In this document: in pieces, positions 1 through 8,976 of the stretch
How the letters are laid out: the number at the start of each line of letters is the position of its first letter
Numbering within the stretch: position 1 is the first letter of the stretch
Assembly: GCA_025355855.1 (NCBI GenBank)
Contig: JANXYU010000032.1
Location: forward strand, 28,832-92,831
Direction of reading: 5' to 3'
DNA length: 64,000 nucleotides
From: Actinomycetota bacterium
GTDB lineage: Bacteria; Actinomycetota; JAHEXW01
The notes under the pieces: model-generated
The model's database searches: none
The model's input: only the letters and a program-made list of their open reading frames with translations
Told to the model about the DNA's origin: nothing
Position numbers and translations under genes: made by a program

Positions 1-766
1 CTGACGTTGTACCGACGGCGATTATTCTACCGCCGGCGCCTCGCGCGGCGTTAATAGCGGCAACGGCGTCGGAGGGCACGTTGAAACGTTCGCTGTGCAT
101 GACATGATCTTCAATCTCGTCGACTCGCACCGGCTGAAAAGTACCTGGACCGACGGTCAGATCGATCCGCGCGACGGTTATACCGGACGCTTCGATTCTA
201 TCCAAAAGAGCCGGCGTAAAATGAAGACCCGCCGTTGGCGCGGCCACAGACCCCTCACGGGCCGCGTAAACAGTTTGATATCGGTCTTGATCGGCTAGCG
301 GTTCCGTGACGTATGGCGGTAGAGGCAGCAAACCGACCCGGTCCAGCGCGTCGCGAAAATCTCCGTCGCACGAAAACTCAACGCGGCGTCGGCCGGCCTC
401 CAGATGGTCACCGATTGTTGCGCGTAATAAGGGAGGCTCGAACTCGACCTCTGTTCCAACGGGCAAGCGCGCGCCCGGCTTAACCATCGCTTCCCAGCCG
501 TTGTCCAGCGGCGCGACCAAAAGTATTTCCACTGCTCCGCCGGTGCCGGCCTTATGCCCGCGCAATCGCGCCGGAATTACTTTTGTTTCGTTAATAACGA
601 GACAGTCACCTGGTCGCAAGTAAGAAACAATATCAGAAAAGTCGCGATGCTCAATGTTTCCGTCGGACCGATGCAAAACGAGCAGCCGGGACGCGTCGCG
701 GCGGTCTAGGGGTCGCTGCGCAATCAGCTCGGGCGGTAGGTAGTATTCAAAGTCAGACGTCTTCAT
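1..766 (-). CDS. queA: S-adenosylmethionine:tRNA ribosyltransferase-isomerase QueA (3' partial, runs off window start)
   Basis: Manual minus-strand translation from ATG at 766: MKTSDFEYYLPPELIAQRPLDRRDASRLLVLHR...VINETKVIPARL..., the QueA N-terminal signature. The ATGA overlap with the queH stop is at 763-766. No stop is reached before position 1. The plus-strand ORFs 95-623 are antisense artefacts. Confidence 0.8.
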   Translation of the reverse strand, partial: MKTSDFEYYLPPELIAQRPLDRRDASRLLVLHRSDGNIEHRDFSDIVSYLRPGDCLVINETKVIPARLRGHKAGTGGAVEILLVAPLDNGWEAMVKPGARLPVGTEVEFEPPLLRATIGDHLEAGRRRVEFSCDGDFRDALDRVGLLPLPPYVTEPLADQDRYQTVYAAREGSVAAPTAGLHFTPALLDRIEASGITVARIDLTVGPGTFQPVRVDEIEDHVMHSERFNVPSDAVAAINAARGAGGRIIAVGTTS

Positions 767-1293
767 CGCTTAGGGGTGCGGCTTTCCTCTTTGGAATATA
801 CACAGCCGCAGTATTTCTGACGATACATTCCCAGCTCGCGGGCGCGAGCTTGACCGGCGCGATAACCGGCCCGCCAATCTTCGTATAGAAAAGCGACTCC
901 GGCGGCCGAGGCAGCCGCCTCGCCCGCTTGGCGCAGCTCGTCATGCTTCTGATAAGGACTAACCAGTAAAGTTGTCGAGAAGGCGTCGAATCCCCCGGCA
1001 GCGGCCTGGCGAGCCGTCTCGCCCAGCCGTAGCTGGTAACACAGATGACAGCGGTCAGCCTCGGGCGAAACAACGGCGCTGAAATAGTCATCGACGTTGT
1101 AATCGCCGCTGGCCACAGTCAGCCCGACTTTCTGGCAGTACTCCAGCAGGTTGGCACGCCGCTTCTCGTATTCCGCCAGAGGATGAATGTTGGGGTTATA
1201 GTAGAGTACGGTAAGGTCAAGACCTTGCCGCCGGAGGGAATCGGCCGGATATATCAGGCACGGTCCACAGCAAGCGTGCAGCAGAACGCGCAT
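763..1293 (-). CDS. queH: epoxyqueuosine reductase QueH (DUF208)
   Basis: 176 aa with HACCGPC and CxxC motifs typical of QueH. It sits adjacent to queA. Confidence 0.75.
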   Translation of the reverse strand: MRVLLHACCGPCLIYPADSLRRQGLDLTVLYYNPNIHPLAEYEKRRANLLEYCQKVGLTVASGDYNVDDYFSAVVSPEADRCHLCYQLRLGETARQAAAGGFDAFSTTLLVSPYQKHDELRQAGEAAASAAGVAFLYEDWRAGYRAGQARARELGMYRQKYCGCVYSKEESRTPKR

Positions 1294-2330
1294 TAAAACA
1301 GACGAGCGGCGTCGCTCATCGGCAAACCGAAGTGGCTGTAGGCTCGCTCCGTCGCGACACGGCCTCGAGGTGTCCGCTTTATCATGCCTAGCTGGAGCAG
1401 ATATGGTTCATAGACTTCCTCGATGGTTTGGGGCTCTTCTCCGACCGCGTCGGCTAGAGTATTCAAACCCACCGGGCTCCCTTGGAACCTCTCAATCAGC
1501 GTCTTGAGCAATCTGATATCCAGTTTGTCTAAACCAAGTCCGTCGACCTCGAAGAAAGATAACGCTTTCGCGGCCGTGTCGCGCGATATCGTACCGTCCC
1601 CTTTTACCTCCGCATAGTCGCGTACGCGTTTAAGCAGCCGGTTCGCAATGCGGGGTGTACCGCGGCTACGGGACGCTATCTCGGCGGCCCCGCCGTCCTC
1701 CAAGCGGACGTTCAGGATATCCGCCGCCCTCAGAACAATCGATTTCAGATCATCAGCTCCGTAGTAGTCAAGTCGTGCCGTCATTCCGAAACGGTCGCGC
1801 AGCGGGCTGGTGATCAGGCCGGTGCGGGTGGTCGCACCGACCAAAGTAAAGCGAGGCACATCCAAACGCAGAGAACGGGCGCTCGGGCCTTTCCCGACAA
1901 CGATATCGATCTTAAAGTCTTCCATGGCGGGATACAGCACCTCTTCGATCTGCCGGTTCAACCGATGAATCTCGTCAATGAAGAGTACATCGCCCGGTTC
2001 AAGATTACTGAGAATAGCGGCCACGTCGCCGGCGCGCTCCATCGCGGGGCCGGAGGTGCTGCGCAGATTGACGTCCAGTTCGGCCGCGATAATGCAGGCC
2101 AGCGTAGTCTTACCCAGCCCGGGCGGTCCGCAAAGAAGCACATGATCAAGGGCTTCACCGCGGTTGCGAGCCGCGTCGATCAAAACTCGCAGGTGCTCCT
2201 TGGTCGCGCTCTGGCCGACAAACTCGTCCATCCGGCGCGGACGAAGGGTTACATCAAGATCAACTTCCTCCGGCAATGTCTCCGCTGGATTCAGTATCCA
2301 ATCTTCAGTTGGCTGTTCGATGTCTGTCAT
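1293..2330 (-). CDS. ruvB: Holliday junction branch migration helicase RuvB
   Basis: 345 aa with the AAA+ Walker A motif [14 protein letters not shown] and the conserved RuvB C-terminal winged helix. Confidence 0.95.
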   Translation of the reverse strand: MTDIEQPTEDWILNPAETLPEEVDLDVTLRPRRMDEFVGQSATKEHLRVLIDAARNRGEALDHVLLCGPPGLGKTTLACIIAAELDVNLRSTSGPAMERAGDVAAILSNLEPGDVLFIDEIHRLNRQIEEVLYPAMEDFKIDIVVGKGPSARSLRLDVPRFTLVGATTRTGLITSPLRDRFGMTARLDYYGADDLKSIVLRAADILNVRLEDGGAAEIASRSRGTPRIANRLLKRVRDYAEVKGDGTISRDTAAKALSFFEVDGLGLDKLDIRLLKTLIERFQGSPVGLNTLADAVGEEPQTIEEVYEPYLLQLGMIKRTPRGRVATERAYSHFGLPMSDAARLF

Positions 2331-2428
2331 TTTTTAGCACCCAACTCACCGTTCTTGGTTTGTGTAGGCGCCGGTCTTGAGACCGGCGCGCGGCAACCTA
2401 AAGGAAGCCGCCTACATTTCTATCGCTA

Positions 2429-3025
2429 TTAAACGCTTGCAAGATTTCGCAACGCGTATTTGATTATGTCTTCCACCTTTACCGCCGTGTCGACCGGATA
2501 TCCTTCAAGCGCCCGGTTCGCCTCGGCCGGGGAATAACCCAGTCCGACCAGCGCTTCCCGCGCTTCAGCGAAGGCAGGTTTAGCCTCCGACGGGACGTCG
2601 GCCGGCAACCCTCCTTGGTCGGAAGGAACCAACTTTTCTTGCAGTTCCAATACGAGACGCTTGGCGCCCTTCTGCCCGACTCCGGGAATTGTGGTCAGCG
2701 CTTTGACATCACCATTTATGAGTACGCGCTGAAACTCCCCTGGAGAAAAGACGCTCAATATCGACAACGCCAGTTTTGGACCAACGCCTGTTAGGCTAAT
2801 CAGACGCAGGAAAAGGTCCTTTTCCGCAGGGCCGGTGAAGCCAAATAGTTGCAAAGTGTCCTCTCGAACATGTTGGTAGGTATGAAGCCCGACATTTTGA
2901 CCGACATCCGGCAGCTGCGCCAATGAGAACAAAGACACATAAGCCTCGTAGCCCACGCCGTTTACATCAATGATAATGCGATCAGCGTCTTTGGCCATTA
3001 CCGAGCCGGACAGCCAAGCTATCAT
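2429..3025 (-). CDS. ruvA: Holliday junction DNA helicase RuvA
   Basis: RuvA-like sequence MIAWLSGSV...GVGYEAYVS with HhH domains. The start was reassigned to the internal ATG (MIAWLSG), which makes an ATGA overlap with the ruvC stop. The track ORF begins 51 nt upstream. Confidence 0.85.
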   Translation of the reverse strand: MIAWLSGSVMAKDADRIIIDVNGVGYEAYVSLFSLAQLPDVGQNVGLHTYQHVREDTLQLFGFTGPAEKDLFLRLISLTGVGPKLALSILSVFSPGEFQRVLINGDVKALTTIPGVGQKGAKRLVLELQEKLVPSDQGGLPADVPSEAKPAFAEAREALVGLGYSPAEANRALEGYPVDTAVKVEDIIKYALRNLASV

Positions 3026-3522
3026 GACAAAGCGCTCCCGATCCGGGCGGTCAAGCGGCAGCTGAAGGCATGGCAAAGGGCAACCGCGACAGCGTCTGAG
3101 GTATCGTCCGGTCCTCGTAACTCTTTTAGGTTTAGAACCGTCTTGACCATTGATCTGACTTGTTCTTTGTCAGCTTTCCCGTATCCGGTAACAGCCAGTT
3201 TGATTTGGGGTGGCGTATACTCGGCCGTCTCGACTCCGTTGTGGGCGGCCGCCAGTAATATAACACCGCGGGCTTGGCCTACGGCAATCGCAGTCTTGGC
3301 ATTGTTTCCATAAAACAGTTCTTCCACGGCGACAGCCGCGGGTCGGTGAGTGACAATAAGTTCGTTTAGGCGGGAATATATCGCGGTTAGGCGAAAACTG
3401 GTAGGTGTTCCTGACGGTGTATCAATCAAGCCGCACTCCAATAACGTCAGAGCGCCGCCATTTTGTTCGATAACGCCAAAACCGCAGCGGGCGGTGCCGG
3501 GGTCGATGCCCAGAATTATCAT
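3022..3522 (-). CDS. ruvC: crossover junction endodeoxyribonuclease RuvC
   Basis: 166 aa, MIILGIDPGTARCGFGVIE; RNase H-like RuvC fold motifs. Confidence 0.9.
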   Translation of the reverse strand: MIILGIDPGTARCGFGVIEQNGGALTLLECGLIDTPSGTPTSFRLTAIYSRLNELIVTHRPAAVAVEELFYGNNAKTAIAVGQARGVILLAAAHNGVETAEYTPPQIKLAVTGYGKADKEQVRSMVKTVLNLKELRGPDDTSDAVAVALCHAFSCRLTARIGSALS

Positions 3523-3590
3523 GCGCTACCCATTTCCTGTGGATCGTGTGCGTTCATGACAGGCGAACATATGTTCACTATAGCACACCG

Positions 3591-4349
3591 CTACAGACTC
3601 TTGGCGACGGCCTCAAGAATATCATCGGGAATATCGAAATTGGCGAAAGCTTCCTGGACATCGTCGTGATCGTTAAGCGCGTCTAACAGTCGCAAGACCT
3701 TGCGCGCGCCGGCCTCGTCCAACTTAACCGTAGTCGTCGGAATCATTGTCAGATCAGCTTCGTCAAACGGAATATCGTGTTCGCCAAGATAGGCGCGCAC
3801 CGCGGCGAAAGCGGCCGGTTCCGTGATGATCTCATAATGGTCTTCGGAAATCTCGACGTCATCGGCGCCCGCGTCAATAGCCGCTTCCATCATTTCTTCT
3901 TCCGATTTGCTGGCGCTCTTAGGTACAAGGATGACCCCTTTTTTATTGAACATCCAACCGACACTGCCGATCTCGCCCAGGCTGCCGCCGGAACGGGAAA
4001 AGATATTACGCACGTCGGAGGCGGTACGATTGCGATTGTCGGTCAATACGTCAACCATGACAGCGACACCGCTCGGTCCGTAGCCCTCATACATGATCTC
4101 TTCGTAGTTGACACCCTCCAGCAAGCCGGCGCCACGCTTGATCGCCCGCTCGATGTTTTCGGCCGGCATACTGGCCGCTTTGGCTTTTTCTATGGCCGTC
4201 GTCAAAGCTGCATTGTTCTTGGGATCGCCGCCGCCCTCGCGAGCCGCTACGGTTATCGCGCGCACCAGCTTGCTGAACACCGCGCCGCGTTTCTGGTCGG
4301 TCGCTCCCTTTTTATGCTTGATCGAGGCCCATTTTGAATGGCCGCTCAC
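3591..4349 (-). CDS. yebC: YebC/PmpR family DNA-binding transcriptional regulator
   Basis: The GHSKWASIKHKKG signature is present. The start was reassigned to GTG at 4347-4349, preceded by AAGGAGG with a 7-nt spacer. Confidence 0.9.
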   Translation of the reverse strand: MSGHSKWASIKHKKGATDQKRGAVFSKLVRAITVAAREGGGDPKNNAALTTAIEKAKAASMPAENIERAIKRGAGLLEGVNYEEIMYEGYGPSGVAVMVDVLTDNRNRTASDVRNIFSRSGGSLGEIGSVGWMFNKKGVILVPKSASKSEEEMMEAAIDAGADDVEISEDHYEIITEPAAFAAVRAYLGEHDIPFDEADLTMIPTTTVKLDEAGARKVLRLLDALNDHDDVQEAFANFDIPDDILEAVAKSL

Positions 4350-4443
4350 TATTTGCCTCCTTGTAGGATTACAAGGAGTACAAGGATCACGAAGACGATT
4401 TGGCCGATTTTTTAGCACCCATCATCGTTTACGTTCCTTGTGC

Positions 4444-5034
4444 TCATTGTGTTCTTTCGTTAATCATACTTAAAAAGTACTCATGTATTCTGGTATCGTT
4501 TGTTAGCTCGGGATGAAACGCGGTAACCAGAATATTTTTCTCGCGGGCCATGATCTTGTGGCCGTCAAATTCCGCCAAAACGTCAACCCCGGGTCCCGCT
4601 ATTTCAATCCATGGCGCGCGGATAAATATACCTGTAAACGTAGCGCCTAAAACGGGAATGTCTAACTCGGCTTCGAAGCTCTCCTGCTGTCTTCCGAACG
4701 CGTTACGTCTGGCTTCGATATCCATCAGCTCCAGCCAGGGGTCCGATCCTTCCGTGATTTTCTTAGCGACAGCGATCAAACCGGCGCAAGACCCGTAAAC
4801 AGGTCGCCCGGACGCTGCGAAATCCCTAATAGTTTGGATAAAGCCGTACTTTACCATGAGCTTGCCAATGGTGGTGCTCTCGCCGCCCGGAATAATCAAC
4901 CCGTCAATCCCAGCTAGCTGGCCTGGCCACTTAACCATCTCGACAGCCGCTCCCGCCGACCTCAGCGCCGCCGCGTGCTCACGAACTGCGCCCTGTAAGG
5001 CGAGAACCCCGATCGTCGGGGATTCCTTAGTCAC
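4444..5034 (-). CDS. pdxT: pyridoxal 5'-phosphate synthase glutaminase subunit PdxT
   Basis: 196 aa class I glutamine amidotransferase, IGVLALQGAVREH. It is adjacent to pdxS. Confidence 0.9.
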   Translation of the reverse strand: MTKESPTIGVLALQGAVREHAAALRSAGAAVEMVKWPGQLAGIDGLIIPGGESTTIGKLMVKYGFIQTIRDFAASGRPVYGSCAGLIAVAKKITEGSDPWLELMDIEARRNAFGRQQESFEAELDIPVLGATFTGIFIRAPWIEIAGPGVDVLAEFDGHKIMAREKNILVTAFHPELTNDTRIHEYFLSMINERTQ

Positions 5035-5041
5035 GGGTAAT

Positions 5042-5926
5042 CTACCAGCCGCGTGTCTGTAGCAGGTCTTTCTCGTCGATTTCGGAGATTTCCATGCCCC
5101 TCATCGGGTCCCCGATGCCTTTGGAGACCTTGGCGACTAAGGCGGCATCATTAAAGTGAGTCGTCGCTTCGACGATTGATTTGGCCATCGAGGACGGGTC
5201 GGTGGATTTAAAAATACCGGAGCCCACGAAAACGCCATCAACGCCCAGCATCATCATGAGAGCAGCGTCCGCGGGTGTCGCGATGCCGCCCGCCGCGAAG
5301 TTCACGACCGGCAATTTGCCGGTCTTGGCGACAGAGCGAACGAGATCAAAAGGCGCTCCCATATTCTTGGCCGCGGTCATCAGCTCTTCCTCACCCAGTA
5401 CGGTCAACCCTCGCATTTCGTTGGTAATGGTACGCATATGACGAACGGCCTCGACAACGTTGCCAGTACCGGCCTCGCCCTTGGTCCTGATCATCGCTGC
5501 ACCCTCGCCGATCCGGCGCAGAGCTTCGCCAAGATTACGCGCCCCACAAACAAACGGCACCTTGTAGTCCCATTTGTTGATGTGATTATTTTCGTCGGCA
5601 GGGGTCAAGACCTCGCTTTCGTCGATATAATCTACGCCCAGGCTTTCCAGAATCCGTGCCTCCGCAAAATGGCCGATCCTCGCCTTGGCCATGACTGGCA
5701 CGCTGACCGTTTTCATGATATTCTCGATAATCGCCGGGTCAGCCATTCTGGCAACGCCGCCCGCGGCGCGGATGTCCGACGGCACCCGCTCCAAGGCCAT
5801 AACCGCAACCGCGCCCGCGTCCTCGGCGATCTTGGCCTGCTCGGCATTGGTGACATCCATGATCACGCCGCCTTTGAGCATCTCCGCCAGACCGGTCTTA
5901 ACCCTAAGAGTTCCTTCCTCCGCCAT
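5042..5926 (-). CDS. pdxS: pyridoxal 5'-phosphate synthase lyase subunit PdxS
   Basis: 294 aa with a highly conserved PdxS/SNZ sequence (LKGGVIMDV...[11 protein letters not shown]...). Confidence 0.95.
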   Translation of the reverse strand: MAEEGTLRVKTGLAEMLKGGVIMDVTNAEQAKIAEDAGAVAVMALERVPSDIRAAGGVARMADPAIIENIMKTVSVPVMAKARIGHFAEARILESLGVDYIDESEVLTPADENNHINKWDYKVPFVCGARNLGEALRRIGEGAAMIRTKGEAGTGNVVEAVRHMRTITNEMRGLTVLGEEELMTAAKNMGAPFDLVRSVAKTGKLPVVNFAAGGIATPADAALMMMLGVDGVFVGSGIFKSTDPSSMAKSIVEATTHFNDAALVAKVSKGIGDPMRGMEISEIDEKDLLQTRGW

Positions 5927-6013
5927 CTGCTAAACAACCTCCAAAATTAATAATTAAACGTTTTAGCCCGTGCATGAGCAAGATTATATCACACGCGAAA
6001 CGCGTGTTTAAGG

Positions 6014-7135
6014 TTAGCCGAGAGTAATATCCCAGCTAGAAGGGATGATTTCTATCCAAGTCTGGCCCCGGTTAAACGTGATCGGCTGGCCGTTGTCATC
6101 GATGAACATGGTTCGGGAGGACGCGTCCGCTTTGGTCCAGCGACCGGTCACCGCTTGGCCGTCACGCAGAACGACTGCTTTGCCTTCGCCAATCAACTGC
6201 ATGACGTCACGCCCGCCCAACCCGTACTCTTCGCCGAAGTCCGAGGAATCATAATCGACATACATGATTACAACGTTCTTAGGCGCGATCTGAGCACCGG
6301 TCGGTTTGTCGAGGAACGGCTCATCCTCAACGTAACGCAGATACTTATTAGTCGCCTTGTCATAGCTATAGCTGCAAGCGCATTGGGCGCCGTAGGGTAT
6401 CTTGACCGAAGTAATCTTGCCGGCTCCGGGTTGGGCGGACTTGAACTTCCACGCATCAATAGAAACGGTTTTTTCAAGGCCTTCGGCGGCGGCCGTTTTG
6501 TGTAGCCGCTCAGTTGTCGTATAAACGTTGTGCGGAGCGTCGCGGTCGGCACTTCTCCAATAGGTGTCACCGAACGCGAACTGGTCCAAGTCCGCCAAGG
6601 TGGAGGTCTTCGCTTCCATCCAGGCGTCCGACCCGCCGACATGCGCAAATATGGCGTCATATTCGGCGGCGAATGTCAGGTCCTGAAGACGCCCGCTGCG
6701 CACGGGTCCGATTTCCTCAACGTCACGGCACCAGAAAACGGCCGCGAAACGCGTTATGCCGCCTTCTGCCATGGCTTCGATAACGACGTCGGCTTTGTCC
6801 AGCCCCGACTGCGGGCGCGCGTCGGGATGGTTTTCCACCTTGATCAGTATTGGCCGGCGCTTTAGCATGGAAGCGTCGCTGACAATGCTTCCGTCCAGAG
6901 GGCAGACGGCAACGGGTTTGGGGGCGCTGACTTGGGCGGGAAGAGCCAGCCGAAGCCAACCTGCCAGGACATGGCCGTCAAAGAAATAGAAGTAGACCGC
7001 CGCTCCGCCGACGACCGCCAGCATAAGCAGGATGCTTAGGCTGATCAATAACGGCTTCTTGGCTCGTTTCCGGCGACTGCCGCCATCGGAGGCGACCTTA
7101 CCTGGCCCTCGCGCCGGGCTGTGTTTACCTGCCAT
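6014..7135 (-). CDS. DUF3048 domain protein (YerB-like, membrane-anchored)
   Basis: N-terminal basic region plus a TM anchor, then the DUF3048-typical stretch PILIKVENHPDARPQSGL...ITRFAAVF. Confidence 0.6.
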   Translation of the reverse strand: MAGKHSPARGPGKVASDGGSRRKRAKKPLLISLSILLMLAVVGGAAVYFYFFDGHVLAGWLRLALPAQVSAPKPVAVCPLDGSIVSDASMLKRRPILIKVENHPDARPQSGLDKADVVIEAMAEGGITRFAAVFWCRDVEEIGPVRSGRLQDLTFAAEYDAIFAHVGGSDAWMEAKTSTLADLDQFAFGDTYWRSADRDAPHNVYTTTERLHKTAAAEGLEKTVSIDAWKFKSAQPGAGKITSVKIPYGAQCACSYSYDKATNKYLRYVEDEPFLDKPTGAQIAPKNVVIMYVDYDSSDFGEEYGLGGRDVMQLIGEGKAVVLRDGQAVTGRWTKADASSRTMFIDDNGQPITFNRGQTWIEIIPSSWDITLG

Positions 7136-7152
7136 ATGCTAGTCTGCGCGCC

Positions 7153-8175
7153 TCAAGCTCGGCTCAAGACTTCAGTGTAAGCTTCCCAGTAGCCCTCGGC
7201 CATCTTTTTGGGGCTGAACGCCGCTTCGACCCTGGCGCGGCAGGCCGCGGGTGCAATGGTGTCGACTTTCCCGACGGCGGCGGCCATCTCAGCCGCTGTA
7301 TCGACTATAAAACCGGTTTCCCCGTCAACAATTACTTCGGGAACCGAGCCGTGACGAAACGCGATAACCGGCGTACCACAGGCCATAGCTTCGGCCATTA
7401 CCAAGCCAAAAGGCTCTTCCCACCGGATTGGAAAGAGAAACGCTTTGGCCTTGCTAAACAACTCCATCTTCCGCTCTTGAGTAATCTGGCCTTCAAATAC
7501 TATCTGTTCTCCATCAATCTCGGGTTCGATTTTGGTATGAAAAAACTCTTCGCCTTTGGGGTCGAGTTTTCCGGCGATAATCAATTTCATTCCCAGCTGC
7601 TTGGCGACCGCGATTGCCGTGTCGTGCCCTTTGACTTCCCACAAATTGCCTAGAGAAAGAAGGAAGTCTTCTTTCTTTTCTTGAAAGGGATACTTGGAGA
7701 CGTCAATGGCGTTATAAACAGTACGGGTAAAATTCAGGCCGGGAATCTCTCGCTTTTGAGCGTTGCTGATCGGAACGAAGAACTGGTTAGCCTTGTTCTG
7801 TTCGAAGAATACCGGGTTCTCCGGTATAAAATAGTTGTTGTGCAGCGTTGTTACGACCGGCGTTTTGATTAGGCGGGCCATGGCAATACCGGCGACTTGC
7901 GCGTGGTTATGCAACAGATCGAATTCCGCGGCCTGGCTGAACGCCCAGGCAACGTGTGTTTCAGGAAAACTCTGGTGGCCGGAGGCAAAACCCACAGCTT
8001 CGGGATAGATGTACCGCAGCGGCGCGCTCGTGACGGCGTCCCCGGTTGCGAAAAGAGTTACGTCCTTGCCCTGTCTGACCAATTCCTCAACCAATAGGTT
8101 TACGACTAACTCGATGCCGCCGTATTGTTCCGGAGGCACCCTGACCCAAACCGGCGCGATGACCGCTATCTTCAT
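7153..8175 (-). CDS. glycosyltransferase family 4 protein
   Basis: 340 aa with the GT4 N-terminus MKIAVIAPVWVRVPPEQYGGIELVV and a C-terminal EX7E-like region. Confidence 0.7.
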   Translation of the reverse strand: MKIAVIAPVWVRVPPEQYGGIELVVNLLVEELVRQGKDVTLFATGDAVTSAPLRYIYPEAVGFASGHQSFPETHVAWAFSQAAEFDLLHNHAQVAGIAMARLIKTPVVTTLHNNYFIPENPVFFEQNKANQFFVPISNAQKREIPGLNFTRTVYNAIDVSKYPFQEKKEDFLLSLGNLWEVKGHDTAIAVAKQLGMKLIIAGKLDPKGEEFFHTKIEPEIDGEQIVFEGQITQERKMELFSKAKAFLFPIRWEEPFGLVMAEAMACGTPVIAFRHGSVPEVIVDGETGFIVDTAAEMAAAVGKVDTIAPAACRARVEAAFSPKKMAEGYWEAYTEVLSRA

Positions 8176-8234
8176 ATGTAAGCCCCTTGAAGGTAACTGA
8201 TTCTAAAGCGTAGATGAACAAAGAAGAGCGAGAG

Positions 8235-8271
8235 CTGCCTTATTATAGCAACTCTCGCTCTCTCTTTCTAT
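8235..8271 (-). terminator. rho-independent terminator downstream of the small membrane protein gene
   Basis: A perfect 10-bp stem AGAGCGAGAG/CTCTCGCTCT encloses a 17-nt loop. It is followed on the minus strand by a U-rich tract. Confidence 0.5.
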
Positions 8272-8402
8272 ATCCCCGAAGGCGTGTTACACGGGGCGAA
8301 TGGCGACCTTCGACCTATATGGCTTGATCTTTGCTTTGGACCTACTACGCGCCATGCTGGGGGCAGTCGCGAAGGCGTCCAGCCGCCATGTGTTCATTGT
8401 CT

Positions 8403-8795
8403 CTATTGCGCCGGTGTTGCTGGCGCCGCCGGAGTCGTCTCGGTGCTGTTGTCCGGCACGGTCGTCGTTCCCTTCTCGTACCCATAACCGTGGTAGCCGC
8501 GCATCATTCCCTGACCGTAACCGCTGGCCCCGCGATCGCATTCACTCTGACCATAACCGCTCATCATTCCGGCGCGGCCGTGCTCGCCGTCGAACCGGTC
8601 GGAAATCTTGCCTGCGATAACGCCGCTAACAAAAGCCGACGCCAGCAAAAATAATCCAATCAAGAGCCCGGCGATCATCTTGTAACTGCCGTGTGTGCCG
8701 CACATGCAGTGGGGGTGATGCGCCGACTCAGCCGGAGCCATCATTACAGGGCCCGGGGCCGCCGCTGCGGCCATGTCGTCCGTCTTTCTTGGCAT
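8403..8795 (-). CDS. small single-pass membrane protein with a His/Cys/Met-rich N-terminus and GYG/Met-rich C-terminus (putative metal-binding)
   Basis: The internal ATG at 8795 is preceded by AAGGGAGG. Sequence features are HHPHCMCGTHG, one TM helix, and SGYGQ / MMRGYHGYGY repeats. The plus-strand ORFs overlapping it are treated as artefacts. Confidence 0.5.
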   Translation of the reverse strand: MPRKTDDMAAAAAPGPVMMAPAESAHHPHCMCGTHGSYKMIAGLLIGLFLLASAFVSGVIAGKISDRFDGEHGRAGMMSGYGQSECDRGASGYGQGMMRGYHGYGYEKGTTTVPDNSTETTPAAPATPAQ

Positions 8796-8976
8796 GTTGC
8801 CTCCCTTCAAAGTTGTTGCTCATAAAACTTGGTGGAACCGGGTGGAACAATTGTAAAACTAGCGTAAGTCCATTGTCGTAGGGCAATGTTAAGAAGTTAT
8901 GAATTAGGCGTTGGCTTTTGATGGCCGTTTTCATACAATAGATTCATTACCGCATTAAGTAAGCCAAGGAGGCCTT

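Noticed and set aside
95-623. Plus-strand ORFs of 67 and 105 aa at the window start
   Set aside because: They are Arg/Ser-rich with no recognisable domains, and they lie antisense to a clearly recognisable queA on the minus strand.
8284-8654. Plus-strand ORFs (67, 106, 107 aa) overlapping the small membrane protein gene
   Set aside because: They overlap one another and are Arg-rich. The minus-strand gene has a strong RBS, a TM helix and a terminator, so it is the better call.
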